DNA from: a virus
Virus record (IMG/VR): IMGVR_UViG_3300031537_000001
Location: 29,293 to 93,292 of that record
Length of the DNA stretch: 64,000 nucleotides
Strand: one strand, 5' to 3'
The position numbers and the translations under genes are program-made. Of the stretch, positions 1-8,928 are shown piece by piece. The notes beneath the pieces are model-generated. The model was not told where the DNA came from and did no database searches. It saw only the letters and a list, made by a program, of their open reading frames with translations. Position 1 is the first letter of the stretch. Each line of letters begins with the position of its first letter.

Positions 1-2
1 TT

Positions 3-539
3 GTCGATGAATTTGATAAATTATTCGTAGTAGGTAATGTTAATAGTGATATTGCGGATGAACATACTACAGCAGTTCAAAATGAATTTTTGAAAATTCT
101 TGAATCTCCGTATACTTCTATATTTGGGGACTATGGTAAGTATATTAATGTACCAGTATCAAATACATTGTTTATATTTTCAGGAGCCTTTAATGGAGAG
201 GAAGATTTAACTTTAGATAGGCTAAGAGAGTTGGGTATGAAAACTGAATTCTTAGGAAGAGTAGGTTTGATTTACAATACTAAGCCTTTAGCTTTAGAAG
301 ATTTATTTTCTATTTTGGAAAATTCAGAATTACTTACAAATTATTTGCAATTATTTGAAGATTCTGACCGTGAACAGGTGATTTATAGCATTAAAGCTTA
401 TCTACAGAAAACTTACGAATTCAATACTCTTGGAGCCAGATTGATTAATACATTAATCCATCAATATTTTATCAAAGGTGGTAAATTAACTAAAGAAGAG
501 GTTAAATCAATATCTTTTCAGAAAAAATTAAAGTTGTAA
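3..539 (+). CDS. ClpX/HslU-like AAA+ ATPase, C-terminal part (5' end outside window)
   Basis: The frame of ORF 90..539 is open back to nt 3: VDEFDK (Walker B), VQNEFLKILE, LFIFSGAF, GMKTEFLGRV (Arg-finger region) and LGARLI (sensor II) match ClpX DEIDK / VQQALLKLIE / FICGGAF / EFIGRL / GARGL. Confidence 0.8.
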   Translation, partial: VDEFDKLFVVGNVNSDIADEHTTAVQNEFLKILESPYTSIFGDYGKYINVPVSNTLFIFSGAFNGEEDLTLDRLRELGMKTEFLGRVGLIYNTKPLALEDLFSILENSELLTNYLQLFEDSDREQVIYSIKAYLQKTYEFNTLGARLINTLIHQYFIKGGKLTKEEVKSISFQKKLKL

Positions 540-541
540 TC

Positions 542-811
542 ATGGGAAAATTCAAAGAAAAATCAATTGATGAAATGAATAAACCCTTAAAAAAAGGTGA
601 ATTTATTGTTAAAGTTCAACAATCTTTAGCTACAAATGGTGAATCATCCCAGATGTTGATATACAATGAAGATAAATCTATACTGTTTGAAGATGATTTA
701 GACGAATCTGTAAAGATTATTTTAAAAGGTTGTCATAAAGCTTACTTTAAAGCTCGATTAAACGAAGGTATGATTAAAATAGGGGAAGAAATTCCTAATC
801 AATCCTGGTAA
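542..811 (+). CDS. hypothetical protein (89 aa)
   Basis: Clean ORF starting 2 nt after the previous stop; genome-typical codon usage. Confidence 0.7.
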   Translation: MGKFKEKSIDEMNKPLKKGEFIVKVQQSLATNGESSQMLIYNEDKSILFEDDLDESVKIILKGCHKAYFKARLNEGMIKIGEEIPNQSW

Positions 812-816
812 TTTTT

Positions 817-924
817 AAAGCATCAAGACATTTTTATTAGTAATTATTATTGTTTATACGTCAAAACATGGTATGTTGCTAGAATACGGTTTTGTTTATA
901 TTAGATTCTATGTCTTGGTGCTTT
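817..924 (+). other. intergenic long-range stem-loop (structured RNA or processing site)
   Basis: AAAGCATCAAGACAT (817-831) pairs with ATGTCTTGGTGCTTT (910-924): 15 bp with one G-U. Inner CAAAAC/GTTTTG helix; T-rich tail. Confidence 0.55.
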
Positions 925-948
925 TATTTTATTTTTAATATTATAGTT

Positions 949-1125
949 ATGGAAAATGGATATAGAGAATATGAAGTAGGAATGTCATGGGATAGTTATG
1001 AAGGTAGTTTATTCCGAGAGACAAGAACCACATGGCCTTATGCTGCTTCAAGAGAAGAAGCCGAACAACGAGCTATTTCACAGTTTGGTAACAATAAAGG
1101 GTTTAGAATTGAATATATAAATTAA
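949..1125 (+). CDS. hypothetical protein (58 aa, MENGYREY...)
   Basis: ATG at 949 follows an AT-rich leader. The TTG start at 892 would lie inside the stem-loop. Confidence 0.6.
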   Translation: MENGYREYEVGMSWDSYEGSLFRETRTTWPYAASREEAEQRAISQFGNNKGFRIEYIN

Positions 1126-1130
1126 CTATT

Positions 1131-1334
1131 ATGGGAAATCCTTGGGAAGAATTTGAAACTTCTACAGAAGCTGATGTTGATGCTGTAGAATACATGTATC
1201 AAGATTTTTTATTAAGTTCACCAGATGAACTTTTAAATGAACAGGAATTGAGTGATAAAAAATCTTTACAGGAATCAATTAACAAAATAAAAATTGAAGA
1301 CATTATACCGGGAGAAGATTTACTTCCGTTTTAA
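1131..1334 (+). CDS. small acidic hypothetical protein ending in DLLPF
   Basis: ORF track; very acidic; C-terminus resembles an SSB-type acidic tip. Confidence 0.6.
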   Translation: MGNPWEEFETSTEADVDAVEYMYQDFLLSSPDELLNEQELSDKKSLQESINKIKIEDIIPGEDLLPF

Positions 1335-1361
1335 AGACTTTGTATTTTAGTTGGTTAATTC

Positions 1362-1447
1362 CCTGACTCTTAGTAGCTTACTTATTGTGTTGTAAGGGGG
1401 TGATTGAAAAAGTTGGTAAGCCAGCCTAAGAGTCAGGTTTTTATTTT
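1362..1447 (+). other. intergenic stem-loop followed by U-tract (sRNA or terminator)
   Basis: CCTGACTCTTAG (1362-1373) and CTAAGAGTCAGG (1426-1437) form a perfect 12-bp stem. Inner GCTTAC (1376-1381)/GTAAGC (1416-1421) helix, then a T-run. Confidence 0.6.
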
Positions 1448-1467
1448 AATTTTGTATTTTATATTTT

Positions 1468-1516
1468 AGCAGAGAAACAGTATTATTCGTATATTGTTTT
1501 TCTGCTCTTTTTTTTT
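1468..1516 (+). terminator. intrinsic terminator-like hairpin
   Basis: AGCAGAGAAACAGTAT-tattcgt-ATATTGTTTTTCTGCT (16 bp, 2 G-U) followed by C and T9. Confidence 0.65.
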
Positions 1517-1536
1517 ATTAATTAATTGAAAATTTT

Positions 1537-2160
1537 ATGAACTTAGAAGCATTAAAAAATGTAAAACTAGCTGAAGTAGAAGAAGTTAAAGGTAGTTCTA
1601 AAATTAGTATTAAAACACCTGAAAAAGGTGATATACTAATTACGAATACTGGTAAAATCTTTTACTCGGAGAAGTTAGAAAAATTAGTAGGAACAGGTGG
1701 AATTGATTTTACCGATTCAAGAAACTGGCTAATGTATAAAAAATTAGGAAATGATCTTCCTGAAGTCATTTTCTTCAGTACAGTAAAAGATCCATCTAAT
1801 CCAAAATTAGGAGCTAAAACAGATGTTAAGAAACAATCTACAAATGCTCCTATAGTATTTGTTAAAAGAGATTTAATTCCTTTACTTATCGAAATGTATA
1901 AAGTAGATAAAGATTTTCATTATGTAGAATTACAAATTGAATGGGATTATCCTTTAACAAATGCTTCCGGTATTTATAGTTTACCTAAAACTGTTAGTAG
2001 TGGTGATCAAAAAGGTGAAGTTAAATATGTCCGCAGAGAATCTACAACCTTTTATCCAATTAGTATTATACACAATGATACTACTACTGATGTTGAAGAA
2101 ACTATAAATATTGAGAATACTGAAGATGAAAACATTGAACAGATTTTAGATAATGAGTAA
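1537..2160 (+). CDS. hypothetical protein with acidic C-terminal tail (possible replication accessory or ssDNA-binding protein)
   Basis: 207-aa ORF overlapping the polA start; D/E-rich tail. Confidence 0.6.
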   Translation: MNLEALKNVKLAEVEEVKGSSKISIKTPEKGDILITNTGKIFYSEKLEKLVGTGGIDFTDSRNWLMYKKLGNDLPEVIFFSTVKDPSNPKLGAKTDVKKQSTNAPIVFVKRDLIPLLIEMYKVDKDFHYVELQIEWDYPLTNASGIYSLPKTVSSGDQKGEVKYVRRESTTFYPISIIHNDTTTDVEETINIENTEDENIEQILDNE

Positions 2161-4453
2161 ACTCAATTATATAGGATCTACGAGCTATACTACAAAGTAT
2201 AGCTTTTGTTCTTCTTTTGAAGAGTTTCTTATATGGTTTTCTGAGCAACAAATATTAGGTTTGGATGTTGAAACTACTACTCATAAATCTATATTAGAAA
2301 GAGAATTAAGATCTGTACAGTTTACTGACCAGTTTGAAAATATTACCTGGGTTATCCAATGGTCATCTTTATCTTCAGACCAAAAATCTAAATTATTAAA
2401 TCTTCTACAAACTACCAGTGCATTATTAATAACCGTTACTACTTTTGAATATGTTTTATTTCGCAAGTATGGTGTAAGACTTAGAAATATTTGGGATGCA
2501 TTTGCAGTAGAAAAGTTACTATATGCAGGTAAAACTTCTGAAAAAGGATTTTTTAGTCTTGCCGGTATTTATAAAAGAAGGTTTGATATTGATATGAGTA
2601 AGGCTCTTCAATTATCTTTTGATGATGATATATTTACTGATGAGAAGATTGCTTATGCAGCATTGGATACTTTAAAATTAGCTGAGATAAGAAGACTTCA
2701 GATTGAAGAAGCTAAAGCTCATGATAAAAGTGTTGGATTTAAGTCTCGAAAAGGACTAATAAAAACAATCTGGTGGGAAAATGAATTTTCTAAAGTATTA
2801 GGAGATATTGAATTTGATGGAATACAGTTTGATCAAAATATATGGAGAAAGAATTATGATTTGGCATTACCAGTTCTTCAACAGAAAGAGAGGGAACTTA
2901 ATAATATTGTCCTAAATAATTTTTCCTTACAAAGTTTAATTGAGAATAACTTTTATGTTCCTGAAGATAGATTTGATAGAATTTGGACTAGTTCAGCAAA
3001 AAAGAAATTGGTATTATCCTGGATATTTCCAGATATAAAAGAAACTTCTAAAGAAGGATTAAAAAAGTATTTACAAGCACATGATCCAGATTTTCCTGAA
3101 GGGTTAAAGATTACAGGAAAAACCTGGGAATCTAGTGAGTATTATAACAATTTGGATATTTTATCCGATTTTTCTATACTTAAACTTATTATAAAGAATG
3201 GAACTAAAGAAGACTTTTCTCCTTTACTTGATACATTAATTGAGAATAATTTTAGGGATAAATTAATCGAAAATAATTTATTAATTCCTAAAGATACTGT
3301 TACAATAAATTGGAATAGTTCTGATCAGAAATTAACTATATTTAAATGGATAAATGCAAGTATAGAATCTACCAATAAAGAAACTGTTACAGCTAATCTA
3401 CTTATGCATGAATTATTTCCTAAGTATCAGGAATATTCTGATATAATTAATCTTGTAACTACATTTGGAATTAAATTTCTCGAACATGTTGATAGTGATG
3501 GTAGAATAAGAACCAGTTTTAATTCAGTATTGGCTACTGGTAGATTATCTACTCGTGCGCCAAGTTTATTGAACATTCCAAAGATGCAAATTTATAGGGA
3601 TGCTTTTATAGCTACTCCGGGATATAATTTTGTTGGAGCTGACTATAGTGCCGAAGAATTAGTCATTATTGCATTAATGTCTGGTGAAACTACCTGGTTA
3701 GATGCTTTAAAACAAGGTTACGATATCCATAGTTCAAATAGTGTTTTAATATTTAAAGATAAATGGACTAAAGCTGCTGAAGAAGATTGTGATTTTGTTA
3801 AATCAAAACAGAAATGCAAATGCAAACTTCATAAAGAGTATAGAGATAAAGAAAAGACTATTGCATTTGGATTATCTTATGGATTAACTGCTTTTGGAGC
3901 AGCTCCTAAACTAAATTGTTCTAAGACTGAGGCTCAGGTTTTGATAGATGAATTTTTTAAAGCTTTTCCACATATTAAAATTAGGTTAGAGGAGTTTGCA
4001 GACTATGGTGTTAAACATGGACTTATTTTGGAACCGGTTTTAGGTAGACCACGATTTTATGATGATTGGAAGATGGCAATTATAGGTAAACTTAGCTATA
4101 AACAAATGAATGAATATGTTAAGATGTCTTATAGTGAGCAAAAAGAAGCTGAACAACAGAAAAGTTCTATAATGAAAGAAAGTATGAATCATCCTATTCA
4201 AGGAGCCGGGGCAAGTTTATTAAAGATTTCCGGTGTTTTACTTAGAAGGTTCATTCTTAATAACTCTTATCAGGAAAAGATTCGATTATTGCTTCCTATT
4301 CACGATGAATGGGCCACTGAATCCATTAAAGAATTATCTGTAATGTGGGCAAAAAAGCTTAAATATTATATGGAACTTACAGGAAAACTCGGATTAAAAT
4401 CTGATTTACTGAAAGCTCAACCATATATTGATAGTAAATGGACTAAAGATTAA
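2153..4453 (+). CDS. polA: family A DNA polymerase (3'-5' exonuclease + polymerase domains)
   Basis: ExoI LGLDVET, ExoIII YAALD, TGRLS, motif A VGADYS, motif B KTIAFGLSYG (Phe at the E. coli 762 position), NHPIQG, motif C IHDE. Confidence 0.95.
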   Translation: MSKLNYIGSTSYTTKYSFCSSFEEFLIWFSEQQILGLDVETTTHKSILERELRSVQFTDQFENITWVIQWSSLSSDQKSKLLNLLQTTSALLITVTTFEYVLFRKYGVRLRNIWDAFAVEKLLYAGKTSEKGFFSLAGIYKRRFDIDMSKALQLSFDDDIFTDEKIAYAALDTLKLAEIRRLQIEEAKAHDKSVGFKSRKGLIKTIWWENEFSKVLGDIEFDGIQFDQNIWRKNYDLALPVLQQKERELNNIVLNNFSLQSLIENNFYVPEDRFDRIWTSSAKKKLVLSWIFPDIKETSKEGLKKYLQAHDPDFPEGLKITGKTWESSEYYNNLDILSDFSILKLIIKNGTKEDFSPLLDTLIENNFRDKLIENNLLIPKDTVTINWNSSDQKLTIFKWINASIESTNKETVTANLLMHELFPKYQEYSDIINLVTTFGIKFLEHVDSDGRIRTSFNSVLATGRLSTRAPSLLNIPKMQIYRDAFIATPGYNFVGADYSAEELVIIALMSGETTWLDALKQGYDIHSSNSVLIFKDKWTKAAEEDCDFVKSKQKCKCKLHKEYRDKEKTIAFGLSYGLTAFGAAPKLNCSKTEAQVLIDEFFKAFPHIKIRLEEFADYGVKHGLILEPVLGRPRFYDDWKMAIIGKLSYKQMNEYVKMSYSEQKEAEQQKSSIMKESMNHPIQGAGASLLKISGVLLRRFILNNSYQEKIRLLLPIHDEWATESIKELSVMWAKKLKYYMELTGKLGLKSDLLKAQPYIDSKWTKD

Positions 4454-4475
4454 GAATACTTTAAATTTACATATT

Positions 4476-5105
4476 ATGGATAATGAAGGAGAAAGATATA
4501 CACATCCTTCCTACGGACAGATAAGATTTTCTAGGATACAAGGACATGCTAGGTTCTATGGTAGCGAATTAGAGCAAGATCACTATATTATGATGGAGTT
4601 ACATCAATCAGATACTGATAGAGATTTAACACAGGACAGGTATCATTCACTAAATAAAGTAATTTCAGTTCGTATGACAGCAGGACAATTTTCAGAGCTT
4701 ATTACTTCTATGAATCAGGAAGGTATACCTTGTACTATTGAATATCTTCAAGGTAATGTTCAAAAACTTCCACCTATAGAAAATAGAAAGGAATTTGTCC
4801 GTAGAAAATTTGAAGAACGTATGAAGGAGTTTGCTAGTAAAATAAAAGCAAACCAACAAAAAGCTGTAGAAATAATTAAAAAGAAAACCTTATCCAAACA
4901 AGATATACATGATTTATCTTGGCACATAGAGTGGTTAACACAAGAAATTTCTAGTAATATTCCATTCTTTGCTAAATGTTTTCAGGAAAATATGGATGAG
5001 GTTGTATTTGAAGCAAAACTTGAAATTGAAAATGCTATACAACATAAAATTAATGTATTAGGTATTCAAGAATTACGTAAACAAAATAAAATTTTAAAGG
5101 AATAA
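4476..5105 (+). CDS. hypothetical phage protein (HPSYGQIRFSR N-terminal motif)
   Basis: Likely start is ATG 4476, after the polA stop; helical C-terminal half. Confidence 0.7.
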   Translation: MDNEGERYTHPSYGQIRFSRIQGHARFYGSELEQDHYIMMELHQSDTDRDLTQDRYHSLNKVISVRMTAGQFSELITSMNQEGIPCTIEYLQGNVQKLPPIENRKEFVRRKFEERMKEFASKIKANQQKAVEIIKKKTLSKQDIHDLSWHIEWLTQEISSNIPFFAKCFQENMDEVVFEAKLEIENAIQHKINVLGIQELRKQNKILKE

Positions 5106-5109
5106 TGAT

Positions 5110-5253
5110 ATGAATGAAGAAAAACGATTACTATGTATAGAATTATTAAATTGGTTACTTGATAATGAGATAGTATGGGCTAACTGGTCTAAAGGTAAAA
5201 TAAGCTCTGAAGATGTCTGCAATCTATTTTTAAAATCTGAATATAATGGTTAG
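5110..5253 (+). CDS. small hypothetical protein (47 aa), not in ORF track
   Basis: MNEEKRLLCIELLNWLLDNEIVWANWSKGKISSEDVCNLFLKSEYNG*; fills the gap between its neighbours. Confidence 0.55.
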   Translation: MNEEKRLLCIELLNWLLDNEIVWANWSKGKISSEDVCNLFLKSEYNG

Positions 5254-5257
5254 TAGT

Positions 5258-5668
5258 ATGAAAAACTTAAAAGAATTTAAAGAGTTGATTAAAAACTATC
5301 GCTCTATAACTATGGAAGAATTGATACAAGAAAAGTTAAACCTTCCTAATCGATATAGTGCAGAAGATTTAGAGGATGAAGAAGACTATCCAGCTTTAAT
5401 AATTTCCAATCTTACAGGATATGGTAGTACAGGAACTTGTTCTTTATGTTTTGTAAAAGATCATTATAATTTTGATTTTCCTTGTAAAGACTGTGTTTGG
5501 TTTGATTCAGAATTCACAATGAACCCGTGTATAAATCATAATACCTTTCTTAATATAGATGAAGCAAAGAGTCTTGAGGATTTATTTAAAGCCGTAAAAG
5601 CCAGAGCTGATTATATGGAAGAATGGTTATTAAAGAAAGGGATTAAGTTGAATGACGAAGAAGGATAA
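5258..5668 (+). CDS. hypothetical Cys-rich protein (CxxC...CxxC...C), possibly metal-binding
   Basis: CSLC, CKDC and NPC motifs; start probably ATG 5258. Confidence 0.65.
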   Translation: MKNLKEFKELIKNYRSITMEELIQEKLNLPNRYSAEDLEDEEDYPALIISNLTGYGSTGTCSLCFVKDHYNFDFPCKDCVWFDSEFTMNPCINHNTFLNIDEAKSLEDLFKAVKARADYMEEWLLKKGIKLNDEEG

Positions 5669-6914
5669 AAAACAAAAAGAGCTTGGTGATATTATTTATA
5701 ATAAAGCTAAGAAAGATTCTTTTATACATAATTCAGCAGTTATTGGAACTGGAGTAGGTAAATCTAAAATCATAATTGATTTGATTGAACCTTTACAAGA
5801 AATATTAAAGTTTAAAAAGATTCTAATAACTGTTGACAATAATAGATTAAAGGATTTTAACTGGAAAGAAGAATTCGAATGCTGGGATAAACTGGATTTG
5901 TTTGAAAAATATATCGAAATAAATACATATCAAACGGTTTATAAATGGAGTAAAAACTTAGATGATTATTTAATCATAGCTGATGAAGCTGATTTTGCTC
6001 TAACTCCAGAGTATAGTAAATTCTTTAAGACGTATAGCAAGGTTAATATGATTGCTATGACAGGATTTGTTAATGAATCTAAACGACCAATACTTGAAGA
6101 ATTCTTTCCTTGTATTGTCGAATATACTCAGGAACAAGCTCAGAAGGATGGTTTAGTAAATCATACTCCTATTATCTTTATTAAGTTTGATCTTGGTAAA
6201 GATAAGAATATAAAGGTATTATATGCCAAAGGAACTAAGTCTTTTGTCCAAAGTGAAAATCATGCCTATAATTATTGGGATTCTCAGGTTAGGATTTTAT
6301 CTGGTAAAATAGCTCAGGAAGAATCAAAGGCAATGATTACAAGTAATTATAAAGAAGTAGCCAGGGTTAAAGCTATGTTACAGGTATCAGCTAATAAAAG
6401 AGCTGAAATCTTACTTAATTCCTCCACTTCTATTGATATTTGTAAACGTGCTTTAGACCAATTACATTCACAAGATCCTGATGGGAAGATTGTAATCTTT
6501 TCTAAGCGAACTACACAAGTTGATAAAATAACTCCACATACTTATCATGGAAATAATCCTGATTTGGTTAATAACAAGAATTTTAAGGAATTCAATAAAG
6601 GTATTATTAAGGAGTTAGGTCTTGTGGATAAAATTAATCGCGGAGTGAATATGGATAATCTTAAATATGCAATATTTGAATCTTATTTTAGTAGTGATAC
6701 CAAGATGAGACAAAGATTAGGTAGAATGATGAGATTGGATCCAGATGATTTAGCTTATATTTTTGTTTTACTTCCATACTTTATGCGTAGGACAAAAAAA
6801 GGATTTATTCAAGCTCCTACTGCTGCTGTTAAATGGGCTAATACTATGTTAGGTGGTTGGGATCTTACTACTTCTAAGACTTTAGATTGGAGACAAATAA
6901 AATCAGATTTATGA
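5652..6914 (+). CDS. superfamily 2 DNA helicase (DEAD-box, UvsW/XPB-like)
   Basis: GTGVGKS (motif I), DEAD (II), MTG (III), RGVN (V), QRLGRMMR (VI). Confidence 0.9.
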   Translation: MTKKDKKQKELGDIIYNKAKKDSFIHNSAVIGTGVGKSKIIIDLIEPLQEILKFKKILITVDNNRLKDFNWKEEFECWDKLDLFEKYIEINTYQTVYKWSKNLDDYLIIADEADFALTPEYSKFFKTYSKVNMIAMTGFVNESKRPILEEFFPCIVEYTQEQAQKDGLVNHTPIIFIKFDLGKDKNIKVLYAKGTKSFVQSENHAYNYWDSQVRILSGKIAQEESKAMITSNYKEVARVKAMLQVSANKRAEILLNSSTSIDICKRALDQLHSQDPDGKIVIFSKRTTQVDKITPHTYHGNNPDLVNNKNFKEFNKGIIKELGLVDKINRGVNMDNLKYAIFESYFSSDTKMRQRLGRMMRLDPDDLAYIFVLLPYFMRRTKKGFIQAPTAAVKWANTMLGGWDLTTSKTLDWRQIKSDL

Positions 6915-7291
6915 TGACAAATGATGAAAAAAAAACTAAAATTGAAGAATTATTATCACTTCAAGATGTATTTCGGGTAAAAGATGTATTAAATGTAAAT
7001 CATAAACCTCATCCTTATATAGTAGGACCTAAACATATAACTTATGCCAGTGATAATTATGGTGGTATATTAGATGAAAGAACTTTAAATAAAGTAAAGT
7101 GTGATTATAAAGGCTGTAACTTATCTTATGAGGAACATACAAGTGATTTAGTTTGTTTTTTACAGTTAAAAAAAAATGCTACTAATGATGAAGTTAAATT
7201 TATTTTAAAAGAATTAGTTGATAATGTTGGTGAAACATTTATTGATGGATTTGGTTTTGTAGATACAGATGAAAAATTTAGAATAGAATGA
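6911..7291 (+). CDS. hypothetical protein (His/Cys-containing)
   Basis: ATGA overlap with the helicase stop; HKPHPY and C-x4-C-x6-H motifs. Confidence 0.65.
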   Translation: MMTNDEKKTKIEELLSLQDVFRVKDVLNVNHKPHPYIVGPKHITYASDNYGGILDERTLNKVKCDYKGCNLSYEEHTSDLVCFLQLKKNATNDEVKFILKELVDNVGETFIDGFGFVDTDEKFRIE

Positions 7292-7725
7292 CAAAAGATG
7301 AGATTTTGAAAGAGTTAATAAAAAGAAGAGTCATTACAAGAGTTGGAGAAAATTATTCATTTATAAATCCTAAGAAATTAGTATGTAATTGTAAGAATTT
7401 ACCTGATAGATATTTAGGTATTTCTGGTACTCAGGCATTAAAGTTATTTTTTATTGATGCTGCAATACCTTCATTTTCAGGGGGTTCTATTAATTATGCA
7501 CTCAGGACTACTACAACAAAATCTATTGAAACTTTCATCAAAATTCTTGGTGATCCTTCAATAGATTTTTCTATCTTAGTAGACCGTACTAAAAAGTACT
7601 ACAAAGATAAAAGTACGGTAAAACCGGCTATGAGTAAGTATTTCATGGAAGGCTTATGGGAGACTGTTTACAATGATTATGAAAAAAGATCTGATGAAAG
7701 TCAGAGTAATACATTTTTCTTATGA
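7288..7725 (+). CDS. hypothetical protein upstream of DnaB (possible helicase loader or initiator)
   Basis: ATGA-coupled on both sides. The function is inferred from position only. Confidence 0.55.
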   Translation: MTKDEILKELIKRRVITRVGENYSFINPKKLVCNCKNLPDRYLGISGTQALKLFFIDAAIPSFSGGSINYALRTTTTKSIETFIKILGDPSIDFSILVDRTKKYYKDKSTVKPAMSKYFMEGLWETVYNDYEKRSDESQSNTFFL

Positions 7726-8912
7726 GTGTATATAATGAATTTTTAGACACATTAAAAAATAGAAGCATTCCAATTATTCCAAATCAATTAGCCAGAGTTG
7801 GAAACATATTTAATATAGTTCAAGGTAGATATACTCTTGTAGGATCAGTAAGCGGGGTAGGGAAAACATCTTTTGTAGATGATGATTTTTTACTAAAACC
7901 ATATGAATGGTTACAAGTTACTAAATCGGATATCTATTTCGAAGGTTTATATTTTTCTATGGAAAGACAGGTTAGGGCCAAATTAGCAAAAATAACTAGT
8001 TGGTTACTTTTTGTTAAACATGGTATCAGACTTAGTTCAGAGATAATACTAGGAAATAATCCATTTAGAAAAGTATTACCTGAAGAACAACTTTTTATTG
8101 ATAAATTACAGCCTTGGATGGATGCTTTTCTTGAGATGGTAGATATTAAAGATGGCAGAAAAACAGTAAATGAAATAAAGCAAGAAATTGAATTGTTAGG
8201 AAAAAGGCTAGGTTTTCTTATTACTACTGATATAAATACTGTATTCATTGACGGAGTAGAGAAATTGAAATTCAAGGGCGAAGTTATAGCTACAAGAAAA
8301 GGAAATGTCCCTATTGTAAGATTTAATTTTCAAGACAAAAGCTATGTAATGAAACAAAATTCCAGGCTATTTGTCCCTAAGAATGAAAAATATATAATCA
8401 CAATTATTGTAGACCATGTTGGAAAAATTAAAGAAGACGGTTACATTGGAAAGAAACAAGCTATCGATGCTTTGGACGCTGTTTTATCTGATGCTCGTGA
8501 TGTGTATAATTTTAATCCTATTGCTATTTCTCAATTCAATAGATCTTTATCGGACATTACTCGACTAAAGTATTCAAAAGGGAACTTAGAGCCTTTGTAT
8601 GAGGACTTTAAAGATACCGGTAATACTGTTGAATCTGCTGATCTTGTTCTCAGTTTGTTTAATCCGTATAAATATGGTTCATATGATAGTGAGGGATTTT
8701 ACAAAGGATATGATATAAAACGTGGACTGTTAACTCCAGATGGAAATCAAAGATTTAGGTCTTTGCATATTTTAAAAAATAGTTATGGAGTTTCAGATGT
8801 AAGTTTTGGATTAAAGTTCTTAGGTGAGTGTATGTATTTTTCTACATTACCCAGACCTGATGATTTACCTAATTTACAAGCAGTTTATGAAAAAGTACAA
8901 GTTGGACTTTAA
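7722..8912 (+). CDS. dnaB: DnaB-like (SF4) replicative helicase
   Basis: GSVSGVGKT, FSME, IVDH, SQFNR, FKDTG..ESADLV. Confidence 0.9.
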   Translation: MSVYNEFLDTLKNRSIPIIPNQLARVGNIFNIVQGRYTLVGSVSGVGKTSFVDDDFLLKPYEWLQVTKSDIYFEGLYFSMERQVRAKLAKITSWLLFVKHGIRLSSEIILGNNPFRKVLPEEQLFIDKLQPWMDAFLEMVDIKDGRKTVNEIKQEIELLGKRLGFLITTDINTVFIDGVEKLKFKGEVIATRKGNVPIVRFNFQDKSYVMKQNSRLFVPKNEKYIITIIVDHVGKIKEDGYIGKKQAIDALDAVLSDARDVYNFNPIAISQFNRSLSDITRLKYSKGNLEPLYEDFKDTGNTVESADLVLSLFNPYKYGSYDSEGFYKGYDIKRGLLTPDGNQRFRSLHILKNSYGVSDVSFGLKFLGECMYFSTLPRPDDLPNLQAVYEKVQVGL

Positions 8913-8928
8913 ATTAAAATTTTAATAT

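Noticed and set aside
2915-3382. Intein or intron in polA
   Set aside because: No C/S...HN splice junctions and no homing-endonuclease motifs; the extra length is explained by a duplication.
4458-5101. Possible inverted repeats flanking the 4476-5105 gene (TACTTTAAATTT / AAATTTTAAAGGA)
   Set aside because: Almost entirely A/T and imperfect, so not distinguishable from chance.
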